From: a virus
Lineage: Duplodnaviria; Heunggongvirae; Uroviricota; Caudoviricetes
DNA length: 64,000 nt
Direction: 5' to 3' (one strand)
IMG/VR virus record: IMGVR_UViG_3300025133_000019
Position 1 is the first letter of the stretch; each line of letters starts with the position of its first letter. The notes beneath the pieces were generated by a model, which had not been told where the DNA came from, ran no database searches, and saw only the letters and a list, made by a program, of their open reading frames with translations. This document shows positions 56,081-64,000 of this stretch, one piece after another. The translations under genes and the position numbers were made by a program.

Positions 56081-56584
56081 ATGAATAACTTTTTAACTAT
56101 TCCTTTATTTAATTTGAATGATGACGATTGCGGGTGTGACCACTCAGTGGTGTCCTATACCCTGGATGAGCTGAGAAATACTACCGCACCTCTTTCTAAG
56201 AGATTCGTGGGAGGGTGTAGCTCAACTTTGTATAGAGTAGACGCTAGAAATGCTAGGTGGCTATTTAAAGTTGTGTGTAACAAGCCTAAATCAGAGGGTC
56301 CTTATGTTGTAAGAGTGGGGATAGCAGATAAGTCTGATATGGATACTCCGGTTAAAGATAGGGACATGAATGTTTATTGTTCTTGCCCGTTCTTTTGGTA
56401 TTACGGAGCTGCGTATAATGCGTATGTAGAAGGTTATTTGGAAGGTAGAGATAAAAGAGGAATTCCTAGCACTCCACAAGTACCGGGAAAACAGAATATA
56501 AAAATTTGTAAACATATAACTGCGGTGATACCAAAGGTTAGAACTTATTTGTTAACGACATTTAAAAAGAGTAGAGGAAATTAA
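56081..56584 (+). CDS. SWIM-type zinc-finger protein
   Basis: VYCSCPFF...ICKHI (CxC...CxH). Confidence 0.7.
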   Translation: MNNFLTIPLFNLNDDDCGCDHSVVSYTLDELRNTTAPLSKRFVGGCSSTLYRVDARNARWLFKVVCNKPKSEGPYVVRVGIADKSDMDTPVKDRDMNVYCSCPFFWYYGAAYNAYVEGYLEGRDKRGIPSTPQVPGKQNIKICKHITAVIPKVRTYLLTTFKKSRGN

Positions 56585-56585
56585 T

Positions 56586-56855
56586 ATGCCGTTTTATAGT
56601 TATAGATGTGAAAGCTGTTCTCACGAGTTTGAAGAAATGAGAAGTATAAGTTCTATGGATGAAGAAAGCAGTTGTCCCGAGTGCTCCAAAAACGGTAAAA
56701 GGTTTTTTAATGTAGGCAGTGAAGTTAGTGTTATTTACACAGGTTGGGGATGGCATGATAAAAATGTTAAGCTGGCTCAACATAGAATGGAACAGAGTAA
56801 AAAAATGGAGAAGCTTCAGAAGGACAATCACCCTAGCCTGAGAGCTAGAAGATAA
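56586..56855 (+). CDS. FmdB-family zinc-ribbon protein
   Basis: MPFYSYRCESCSHEFE...CPEC...GWGW. Confidence 0.85.
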   Translation: MPFYSYRCESCSHEFEEMRSISSMDEESSCPECSKNGKRFFNVGSEVSVIYTGWGWHDKNVKLAQHRMEQSKKMEKLQKDNHPSLRARR

Positions 56856-56864
56856 GGAGATATT

Positions 56865-57770
56865 ATGCCCGTTCGAGTACAAGTAGAGAGTAGGGATAAT
56901 GAAAAGGTTCTTCTATTTTGGAAACCCTCCGATATAAGTCTTGTTAAAGCTTATAATGTATATACTTCTTTAGAAAGAGAAGGTGTTTATACTAAGCGAG
57001 TAAGCAACCTTTTAAATAAAGCGGGGGAAACAGGGTCTGCCCCAAAGAAAATAAGAAGTTTTTATAGACAGGGTGCTGTAACTCTATCTGTTTCAGTGAA
57101 TTCTTATATAGCTGCTGATAAAGAGTTCTATGTAAAAGTAACTGAGGTTTACAAGGATAATACAGAGGAGCTTATAACAGTAGCTCCGTTTCGTTATGTA
57201 AGACTGCCAGGACGTGCCTCCACTATTATTAGAAATATAGATTTTGATAGAGAAAGAGGAATTCTGGGATGGGACGAAGAGAATAACACATACAAAAGAT
57301 TGGGAACCTCCTTATTATTGGAGGAAATAGATGAGAAACACGCTTTAGATGTAAAACTACAAGAGTCTTTAGTTAAGATAACTAATAATACAGATACAGA
57401 TTCAAACCCCATTCCAATTAGTATATCCAGAACTTCAGATCCAGTGGTTCTAAGGAAGTCAGTTTCTGTTACTGATGGTCCAGACGATGTTTTTGACAGT
57501 TTGAACTTTACCCCGGATTCGGATAAAAAATATGGTATTAGGGATATTAAAATAAGTTCCTCTAATGATATAAAATATTATTTGAAATACAACACAGACA
57601 CATTAGATCAGGGCCACTTAATTGCTCAAGACACTGTTCATACAGTGTTTTCGGGGGACTACTTTTTTGATGGGGCTGTAGCAGGCGGAGACCTAATATT
57701 AGAGATAACTTCTGAAAATGGAACAGCAGATGTGTTTTGTTTAGTTATTTTGGAGAGGCTTACTAAGTAA
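56865..57770 (+). CDS. putative virion protein with FN3-like N-terminus
   Basis: VLLFW.P...YNVY.S...G.Y...FYVKVT. Confidence 0.55.
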   Translation: MPVRVQVESRDNEKVLLFWKPSDISLVKAYNVYTSLEREGVYTKRVSNLLNKAGETGSAPKKIRSFYRQGAVTLSVSVNSYIAADKEFYVKVTEVYKDNTEELITVAPFRYVRLPGRASTIIRNIDFDRERGILGWDEENNTYKRLGTSLLLEEIDEKHALDVKLQESLVKITNNTDTDSNPIPISISRTSDPVVLRKSVSVTDGPDDVFDSLNFTPDSDKKYGIRDIKISSSNDIKYYLKYNTDTLDQGHLIAQDTVHTVFSGDYFFDGAVAGGDLILEITSENGTADVFCLVILERLTK

Positions 57771-57779
57771 GGTGGAATT

Positions 57780-58181
57780 ATGACACAACGAAGATTAGCT
57801 ATAAAATCTAGTGAAGATAGCGTATTAGTATCTCCTAGATCTCTCACTAATACGGTTAGTAGCAGTGTTGACATGTCATCTGCTGAATTAGCTCTATCCA
57901 TTACTTCTGGAAGCTCTTTTTTAATGCATTTTGTCGGAGTAGGTTTTTCTTCTAATAATGCTTTCGAAGGAGAAATAATAGTGTCTATTAAAATCGGGAC
58001 TGATCAGTTGATAATAGACTCTAGGCCCTTAGTAGGACCCTCAGGGAGTATAGATTATTTCTATCAATTCGACACTCCAATAAGTTTAGAGGCTAACAAT
58101 GAGATTATAGTAGAGACAACTACTATGAAGGGCTCTACCGTAACAGCTAAATTATTCTGCTCTAAATCAGAGTTAGTATAG
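57780..58181 (+). CDS. hypothetical (beta-rich) protein
   Basis: 133-aa ORF in the structural operon. Confidence 0.65.
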   Translation: MTQRRLAIKSSEDSVLVSPRSLTNTVSSSVDMSSAELALSITSGSSFLMHFVGVGFSSNNAFEGEIIVSIKIGTDQLIIDSRPLVGPSGSIDYFYQFDTPISLEANNEIIVETTTMKGSTVTAKLFCSKSELV

Positions 58182-58189
58182 GAGTAAAT

Positions 58190-58741
58190 ATGCCTAGCAA
58201 AGTAAACGGCAAAACTATAACAGACGAGACTTTATTAGACATTGCTTCTACTACGTCTAAAACTGATGATTACGGGGAAACGTTTCCTTTTATTCAAGCC
58301 ATAGGGGTTATTGATGCTGATCCAAAAGAATTCAAAATATCTGGCACTCAAATAACTAGCGTTAATGATAGTGTTATTCACGAGTTTCAGATTGATCATC
58401 ATGCCCCCGGACCTGTGAAGCTTCAATCATTAGAAATAGATTTATCCTGGGATGTGCTGGTAACAGGAAGTAATGCAGGGGACTTTGCTTATATTAGATG
58501 GCAATGGGCAGACTCTAGCACAGAAGTTTTTAATTACGAGGATTTTACTGATGATATCAAGGTTTTTAAAAATAATCCTACTGGAGAGGTGTTTCATCGG
58601 TACGCAAGATTTAAGGCAGTTAATGTAACAGTGCTTCCAATAAAGATTAGAGTTTTAGGCAGGGTAAGCGAAGCAGGAGTTACTCTGGACGCTCTATTTA
58701 ATAGTGATAGCCACTTTAAACACACTGTGACAATTGAATAA
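58190..58741 (+). CDS. hypothetical (beta-rich) protein
   Basis: 183-aa ORF, AGGAG SD. Confidence 0.7.
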   Translation: MPSKVNGKTITDETLLDIASTTSKTDDYGETFPFIQAIGVIDADPKEFKISGTQITSVNDSVIHEFQIDHHAPGPVKLQSLEIDLSWDVLVTGSNAGDFAYIRWQWADSSTEVFNYEDFTDDIKVFKNNPTGEVFHRYARFKAVNVTVLPIKIRVLGRVSEAGVTLDALFNSDSHFKHTVTIE

Positions 58742-58787
58742 TTTTTTGATATTCGCTTGGTTTATCAATCTGCTTTTGAGGTAAAAA

Positions 58788-60146
58788 ATGACATTATTAA
58801 GAAGAATAATTGAAAAAGAGCACGGATTAACTCGTGTTGAAATAGCTTCTGTAGAGGGTAAAGTAGATCAGGTATTGACTGACCTTACTACTCAGACTAC
58901 TACTATTACTACAGCTATAACTGACCATGATACTAGTATAGACTCCCAGTTAACAGCGATAACTGCTGCTGTAAACGCTCTTCAAAATGATGTTAGTGCA
59001 GCAATCTCATTTCCGTATGTTATTGAAAGGCCGGATGAAAATTCTAATAGAATCAATAAAATCTATTTTTATAACTACTCAGACGGAATAATTGCAGATT
59101 TATTAGGCAGTAATACCGAGCTTCCTACACTTAGAATTCTAGACGGAGCTGGAAGTGCTTTGACCAATGGTTCCAATGCTTCCACTGGCCCCAGCACTCT
59201 TATAAATAATTTAGATATGACCCGAGAGTCTGAAGGTATTTACTTTTTTGAGTTTGACCATGAGTTTCCTAATGGAGGGAGTCCTAACGCAGATGTAGGA
59301 ACCTACAGATTAGAGATCAAGTCTAAGGAATCGGAAGGGCCAGACACATTTGCTTTGCACCCCAGATCTTTTGAGGTAGTTGAATTAACAGGAATGGCTT
59401 CAGGGTTTGCAGGTTTAACCTCTGACATAGCTGATTTAGACGGGGACGTTGTTGCTTTTAGAGCTGCTGTTGATGGATGGTTAGGCGGGGCTGCTATGGT
59501 TACCGCAGGAACTGATATTTACGCAGAAATACTAGATATTAAAGGAGATATAGCTACTCTTTTAAATGAGACCCAGCAGAATATTCCGAATAAAATTGAT
59601 CTAGTGACCACAGCCGTAAATGACAATCACGGAATTACGGATGGTGTGTTTGAGGTTACCCTACCTATAATAGGGTCTACTTCTACTCTGTTGTCTGGAG
59701 ATCCTACTGATATAGCAGGAACTCCGGTGAATGGTACTTCTAATGTGATGAAAAAGTCTTCTGAGTTTAATATCCAAGTTCCTACTAGCAGTAGGGTAAC
59801 CACTGGGGTATACCAGAATATAGTTACTTACGATTTGTCCTGGAAGAGTATTATGGGAGGCGCTGGCCAAACAGGAGGCTCTGTCTGGGCTATAAGTAAT
59901 ACCGCCTACGGAGTAAATGATGATGTTACTTTGTCAGGCAGAGTATTTACTGCGACTTTAGCAGCATCTGATACAGAGACTAGGCACACTCTATACGGAG
60001 AAATTCAAGACGCTATACAGGATGGGGATTGGTACTTGACTTTAGCAGGGCAATCTACTGTTGATACTAACACTTTGACACTCACTCCTATGTCAGAAAC
60101 ACGAGTTTCTTTTGCATATACTGTAACGAGTGTGAGTCCAGTTTAA
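58788..60146 (+). CDS. putative virion collar/whisker-like protein
   Basis: N-terminal and central coiled-coil heptads with beta-rich domains. Confidence 0.55.
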   Translation: MTLLRRIIEKEHGLTRVEIASVEGKVDQVLTDLTTQTTTITTAITDHDTSIDSQLTAITAAVNALQNDVSAAISFPYVIERPDENSNRINKIYFYNYSDGIIADLLGSNTELPTLRILDGAGSALTNGSNASTGPSTLINNLDMTRESEGIYFFEFDHEFPNGGSPNADVGTYRLEIKSKESEGPDTFALHPRSFEVVELTGMASGFAGLTSDIADLDGDVVAFRAAVDGWLGGAAMVTAGTDIYAEILDIKGDIATLLNETQQNIPNKIDLVTTAVNDNHGITDGVFEVTLPIIGSTSTLLSGDPTDIAGTPVNGTSNVMKKSSEFNIQVPTSSRVTTGVYQNIVTYDLSWKSIMGGAGQTGGSVWAISNTAYGVNDDVTLSGRVFTATLAASDTETRHTLYGEIQDAIQDGDWYLTLAGQSTVDTNTLTLTPMSETRVSFAYTVTSVSPV

Positions 60147-60176
60147 TAAAACCCTTGTATATGATATAATGTGAGG

Positions 60177-61574
60177 ATGACTTTTTCATTCAGATCGTCT
60201 ATACACATATACAAAAAAGATACTAATTTCTCTCTTTCTTTTCTAAGAAGTTTAATAAATACTTTGGAATCAGAAGTCAGTGTTTTTGTATATTCTGAAA
60301 TAGAGCTTCCTAGTGACATAAAGTATACTTTACTAGAGAATCCCTTGGAGGAATCCTTTTATTTACCTATAGATATAAGGTTCTTTTTCTCAAGAATTCC
60401 ACAAAAAAAGCTAAATTCTCTCAGTTCAGATAGTATCTTGTTTGAGGAGGACTCCCAAGAATTTTTGACAAAAGTTTTGAAGAGGGTCCAGAATATCAAA
60501 TGGGACCGGGGACGGCTTTTAAGATCATTAGACCTAGATAAAAGTTTGTCAATATCATTCTTAGCCGAGAAATTATCAACGGGCTTCCATTCCTTAATAA
60601 CCGATACAATCAGAAAAGGGTTCCATTCTAGAGCTTGTATACTAGATAATGTTGATTACCAGTTTAAAGGCAGTCTAGAGAACCTAAAGTATTGTGATGC
60701 AGTGGTTTTTTACAATTTTATAGACGTTTCCATATTTGATCTAGGAAAGCCTGTAGTACTTTGCATAGATGATTTAAGAGTGATGAAAAATATGGACAGA
60801 AATGAGCGTTTCTATCTACTCAAAACCAAGTTAATACAAAAAATATACACGGATAGCACAGAGATAAAAGATTTTTTCAGTGAGTTTGGTTTAGACTGTG
60901 AGCTGCTTACTAACACAAGTTTAAGTCTTACAGGCTTTTCTAAATGTTTGGCTAGCTTATATACGAAGTTTAATCCTGCTGTAGTAGAAAACCTAAAGAT
61001 TGACCACAAGTTTCTGGGGGAGGGCGACACGGAGCTAGTCATTCCCAGTGATTTGTCCAAGTCTTATGCCGGAGTTCTAGAAAGCTATGATACTAGTTAT
61101 GGAAGTCAGGAAGAAAGCTGGAAATATAGTCATCTTGCAGAGTCCTTGAGACTACTTGGAAAAAGAGAAGCCCTTTATATAGGAGAAAATGCTCTATTTG
61201 TAGAGGATCTTAGGGCCAAAGGATACGACGTTTTGTTTGTGTTTGCTTCAGAGAACCTGGAGAGTCCTGACTTAGAGGAAGTATTAGAGATAGAATCTCT
61301 TCCGGAATTAACTAGAGAATCTCATAGGTATGTGATTTGTGATAGCATATTTGATGATGATGATTACCTTAGTTGTTGCAGTTTTTTATGGCTACTTAGG
61401 GATATGGGATTTGGCTTTACAAGCATTTCTTTTTTGAGAAAGAATAATTTATTTTTACAGTCTAATATATGTTCACAGTATTTACAAAATTTAGGGTGGA
61501 AAATCAATTGTAACGGATTCCAATCAGAGGTCCCGGATGATAAACTATCTATTATTAATTTAATTCCAGCTTAA
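60177..61574 (+). CDS. hypothetical protein, remote glycosyltransferase-like and methyltransferase-like segments
   Basis: DAVVFY...KPVVLCIDD...IYTDS; ALYIG...LRAKGYDV...YVIC; extended -10 directly upstream of ATG 60177. Confidence 0.5.
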   Translation: MTFSFRSSIHIYKKDTNFSLSFLRSLINTLESEVSVFVYSEIELPSDIKYTLLENPLEESFYLPIDIRFFFSRIPQKKLNSLSSDSILFEEDSQEFLTKVLKRVQNIKWDRGRLLRSLDLDKSLSISFLAEKLSTGFHSLITDTIRKGFHSRACILDNVDYQFKGSLENLKYCDAVVFYNFIDVSIFDLGKPVVLCIDDLRVMKNMDRNERFYLLKTKLIQKIYTDSTEIKDFFSEFGLDCELLTNTSLSLTGFSKCLASLYTKFNPAVVENLKIDHKFLGEGDTELVIPSDLSKSYAGVLESYDTSYGSQEESWKYSHLAESLRLLGKREALYIGENALFVEDLRAKGYDVLFVFASENLESPDLEEVLEIESLPELTRESHRYVICDSIFDDDDYLSCCSFLWLLRDMGFGFTSISFLRKNNLFLQSNICSQYLQNLGWKINCNGFQSEVPDDKLSIINLIPA

Positions 61575-61588
61575 TATAAAGGGGAATC

Positions 61589-62017
61589 ATGTCCACAAGA
61601 AAATCCACTAGGTCTATTTATAAGAAGGTTTCCGTTAACAGGGCTCATTCGGTTCTGCCCTATGCTGATACTGGGGATTCTACTATATTTACCATACGTA
61701 CAGAAGACACCTATATTTTGTATGGTATTAGCTTCAAACTAACCACTTCCTCAGGGTCGTTTACTGATCCTAAATTCTATATAGGAAGTCAATCAGACAT
61801 AGTAAACGCCTCCGGGTATAAAGTTTTTCCTTTTGATACGCATGAGAATATAGTTTTTAAGGACCTAGGTGACGACACCTCTTTATATGATTCACAGTTT
61901 ATTCATCCCATCACTATTCCTAGGGGATTTTATATTTCTTTAGTTTTTAATGAGAGCGGGGTCACAAGTAACCCGGTTGTGGCTTTTGATCTTAATTATG
62001 TGGTAGAGCAGACTTAA
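61589..62017 (+). CDS. hypothetical protein
   Basis: 142-aa ORF, GGGGA SD. Confidence 0.65.
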   Translation: MSTRKSTRSIYKKVSVNRAHSVLPYADTGDSTIFTIRTEDTYILYGISFKLTTSSGSFTDPKFYIGSQSDIVNASGYKVFPFDTHENIVFKDLGDDTSLYDSQFIHPITIPRGFYISLVFNESGVTSNPVVAFDLNYVVEQT

Positions 62018-62019
62018 TT

Positions 62020-62358
62020 ATGACAACTTTAGTTCAGATAAACACTACCCATACTGTCAGAGCCGTTTTTGAAGACGGTTTTGGAGGCCCTGGAAGTATC
62101 ACCAGTCCTAGCACAGAAGTTGTTAGCTTAGACGGAGCTACCAGAACAGTCATAAACGCAACAGTAACCCTTACTGAAAATAATACCGGAGAATACTCTC
62201 TTTCATTGTCAGTTTCCGATACCTTGTTTTCTATTAACAAAGATTACTTTATAGTGCTATCCGGAATTGAAGCGGGGCAAGGCTCAGTTAACGAGCTTAT
62301 TTCATTTCAGTTTAGACCAGTAGATGTACCTATCACTTACTCCGTAGATTTTTCGTAA
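62020..62358 (+). CDS. small Ig-like virion protein
   Basis: V.F.D..G...TGEY pattern shared with the next genes. Confidence 0.55.
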   Translation: MTTLVQINTTHTVRAVFEDGFGGPGSITSPSTEVVSLDGATRTVINATVTLTENNTGEYSLSLSVSDTLFSINKDYFIVLSGIEAGQGSVNELISFQFRPVDVPITYSVDFS

Positions 62359-62690
62359 TGAAAACTCTATTTGATGTTAGTGATTTGAGTATTTCAACTG
62401 GCCCAGAAGACCTAGATATTACCATAAAAGATATAAATGGAACTCCTATTGCTGTAGACCAGATTTCGGCATCTCTATATAAAAAAGGAGATGTAGGAAT
62501 GTTCAACTACAGTAATCTCATTTACGCCGATTTAGAGCCGGAGAGTGATAGTACAGGTCATTACTACGTAGAAATTATAGTAGGAACTGATTTTATTTTT
62601 ACCGGCGAATACAAGCTAACGTGGTCGGTAAAACGGGATTCCGAACATAACCTTACCGCTTATTCCTCTTTTTTTACTGTTGTGGCTTAA
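62358..62690 (+). CDS. small Ig-like virion protein
   Basis: DLDITIKD.NG...STGHYY...GEYKLTW. Confidence 0.55.
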   Translation: MKTLFDVSDLSISTGPEDLDITIKDINGTPIAVDQISASLYKKGDVGMFNYSNLIYADLEPESDSTGHYYVEIIVGTDFIFTGEYKLTWSVKRDSEHNLTAYSSFFTVVA

Positions 62691-62749
62691 TAGCTTGTAA
62701 TAGTTTATTTTTCGCTCTCTATGAAGCTTAGACTTTGTGAGGTTTTAAT

Positions 62750-63640
62750 ATGGCTAGAGCGTTTTATAGAGGGCAAACCCTAACAGAAAAAGATTTAAAA
62801 GTTACTTTTCGTGACGAAATAGGAGCGTTGTTTGATCCGTTTAGTGTTACTTACGGAATTGTGGATATAACACAAGGATTTGACATACTTGTTGACAATA
62901 ATAACGCAAGAGTCCCAGATAGGATTTCAACTGGTCTTTGGTACGCTCCGTATTCGATTTATCCGGACGCTTCCATTGGAGAGTATAAAATAATTTGGAC
63001 TATACAAGAAATAGATGGTGGTGCTACAAAAACTTTTGATGATAAATTTCATGTAGTAGCAGATAGTACTAAGACTAAATCTCAGTATCCTGATCAAGTT
63101 GCTTCCATGATAGAGAAACTGAGGATAAGACTAGGTGATAATGATCCTGATAGAAATTACAGGTTTGCTCCGCCAAGATCTGCTCAAGAGGTTAATAACT
63201 TTACCACTAATCATGGTTATATATGGCAAGACTACGAACTATTATCAGCCTTACAGGACAGTACAGATGATGTTAATTGGTATCTTAGGGGCACAAACTA
63301 CACGATAGGGTCAATCCCCTCCCCACTGAGGTCCATTGTTCTTAATGGAGCAGTGGTATTTGCTCTTCAGCATATTACCATGATTTGGATTCAAGATGAA
63401 TTTGGTTACTCTTTGAATGGTATTTCTTTGGATTTAAGTAAATCTGAGAAATATAGATCCATGTTAGATTCCTCTATAGAATGGTTCAGAAATGAACTGG
63501 AAAACCTACAAACTAATAGGTCTCATCAAATAGCGGGACTAAGGCAAGCTAGGTTTAGTGTTGGATATGGCTATGGTAAGGGTCAGTACACTTTTAAAGG
63601 AGCTGGAGCTGGGTCCTGGCGACGTAGAAACAGAGCGTAA
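62750..63640 (+). CDS. head-tail connector/neck-like protein with Ig-like N-terminal domain
   Basis: DLKVTFRD...STGLWY...GEYKIIW, then helical LRIRLGD...W.D.EL...YSLNGISL. Confidence 0.55.
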   Translation: MARAFYRGQTLTEKDLKVTFRDEIGALFDPFSVTYGIVDITQGFDILVDNNNARVPDRISTGLWYAPYSIYPDASIGEYKIIWTIQEIDGGATKTFDDKFHVVADSTKTKSQYPDQVASMIEKLRIRLGDNDPDRNYRFAPPRSAQEVNNFTTNHGYIWQDYELLSALQDSTDDVNWYLRGTNYTIGSIPSPLRSIVLNGAVVFALQHITMIWIQDEFGYSLNGISLDLSKSEKYRSMLDSSIEWFRNELENLQTNRSHQIAGLRQARFSVGYGYGKGQYTFKGAGAGSWRRRNRA

Positions 63641-64000
63641 TGGCAGATGAGATTGCACCTAATAGTATTACTGGAGCTGTTGATAATAACAGCTTAGATA
63701 ATACAGATCCCCTTAATATTAAGGGGCTTCCTAGATATAATTACCCTTTTCCGGTATCCCCTAGAAACTTTAGGGTTTATTTTGCCTATGACACAGGAAG
63801 TTTTGATCTTTATTGGGATAGCCCGTTAATTGATCCGAAGAATTCCGTTCACGCTGTTCAAGGAGTTAATATATATAGAAGTATTGATTCGTCTGAAGGC
63901 CCTTGGACATTAGTAAATCAGAGTCCCATACAAGTTAACTTTTTTAGGGATGAATCGAGGAATACGATAGTCACTGATGAAATAGTTACTTCTGGCAGAT
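63640..64000 (+). CDS. putative neck/structural protein with FN3-like segment, truncated by window end
   Basis: TAATG-coupled open frame MADEIAPNS...PRNF...LYWD...GVNIYRS...GPWTLVN. Confidence 0.65.
   Translation, partial: MADEIAPNSITGAVDNNSLDNTDPLNIKGLPRYNYPFPVSPRNFRVYFAYDTGSFDLYWDSPLIDPKNSVHAVQGVNIYRSIDSSEGPWTLVNQSPIQVNFFRDESRNTIVTDEIVTSGR

Noticed and set aside
723-62240. Numerous short antisense or nested ORFs in the track (e.g. 2367-2804, 20362-20865, 22536-22928, 45667-46104)
   Set aside because: Shadow frames of well-supported genes, mostly non-ATG starts with no SD or motifs
1-64000. Alternative genetic code or stop-codon recoding as in some jumbo phages
   Set aside because: Conserved genes are full length in code 11, and TAA, TAG and TGA all end genes

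Overview
AT-rich window of a large, apparently lytic tailed dsDNA phage (Caudoviricetes), standard genetic code, host not determinable. 1-14 kb: mixed-strand genes, mostly hypothetical, plus a MerR-type regulator, an RHH protein, HU and a PIN-PhoH protein. 14.0-15.2 kb: a 1.2-kb ORF-free interval where gene orientation switches. It holds an AT-rich iteron/palindrome half, then a sigma70-promoter-driven, hairpin-rich tract of about 570 nt carrying an exact 47-nt copy of the upstream AT-rich DNA; this is the best candidate for an undescribed RNA-guided or RNA-primed origin system. From 15.2 kb almost everything is on the + strand. It encodes fibre, Ig-like and carbohydrate-binding virion proteins (one inverted RCC1-repeat gene), a 2H phosphoesterase, a class II ribonucleotide reductase with three mini-inteins, an M16 peptidase, a TOPRIM primase, a DUF932-like protein and a DnaX-like clamp loader. 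A NusG paralogue and a double sigma-4 protein then precede TerS/TerL, portal, prohead protease, scaffold, decoration, major capsid and neck genes. Many putative head proteins carry herpes-assemblin-like (hydrophobic/K)-x-A|S motifs. All calls come from motif recognition by eye; no database search or folding was run.
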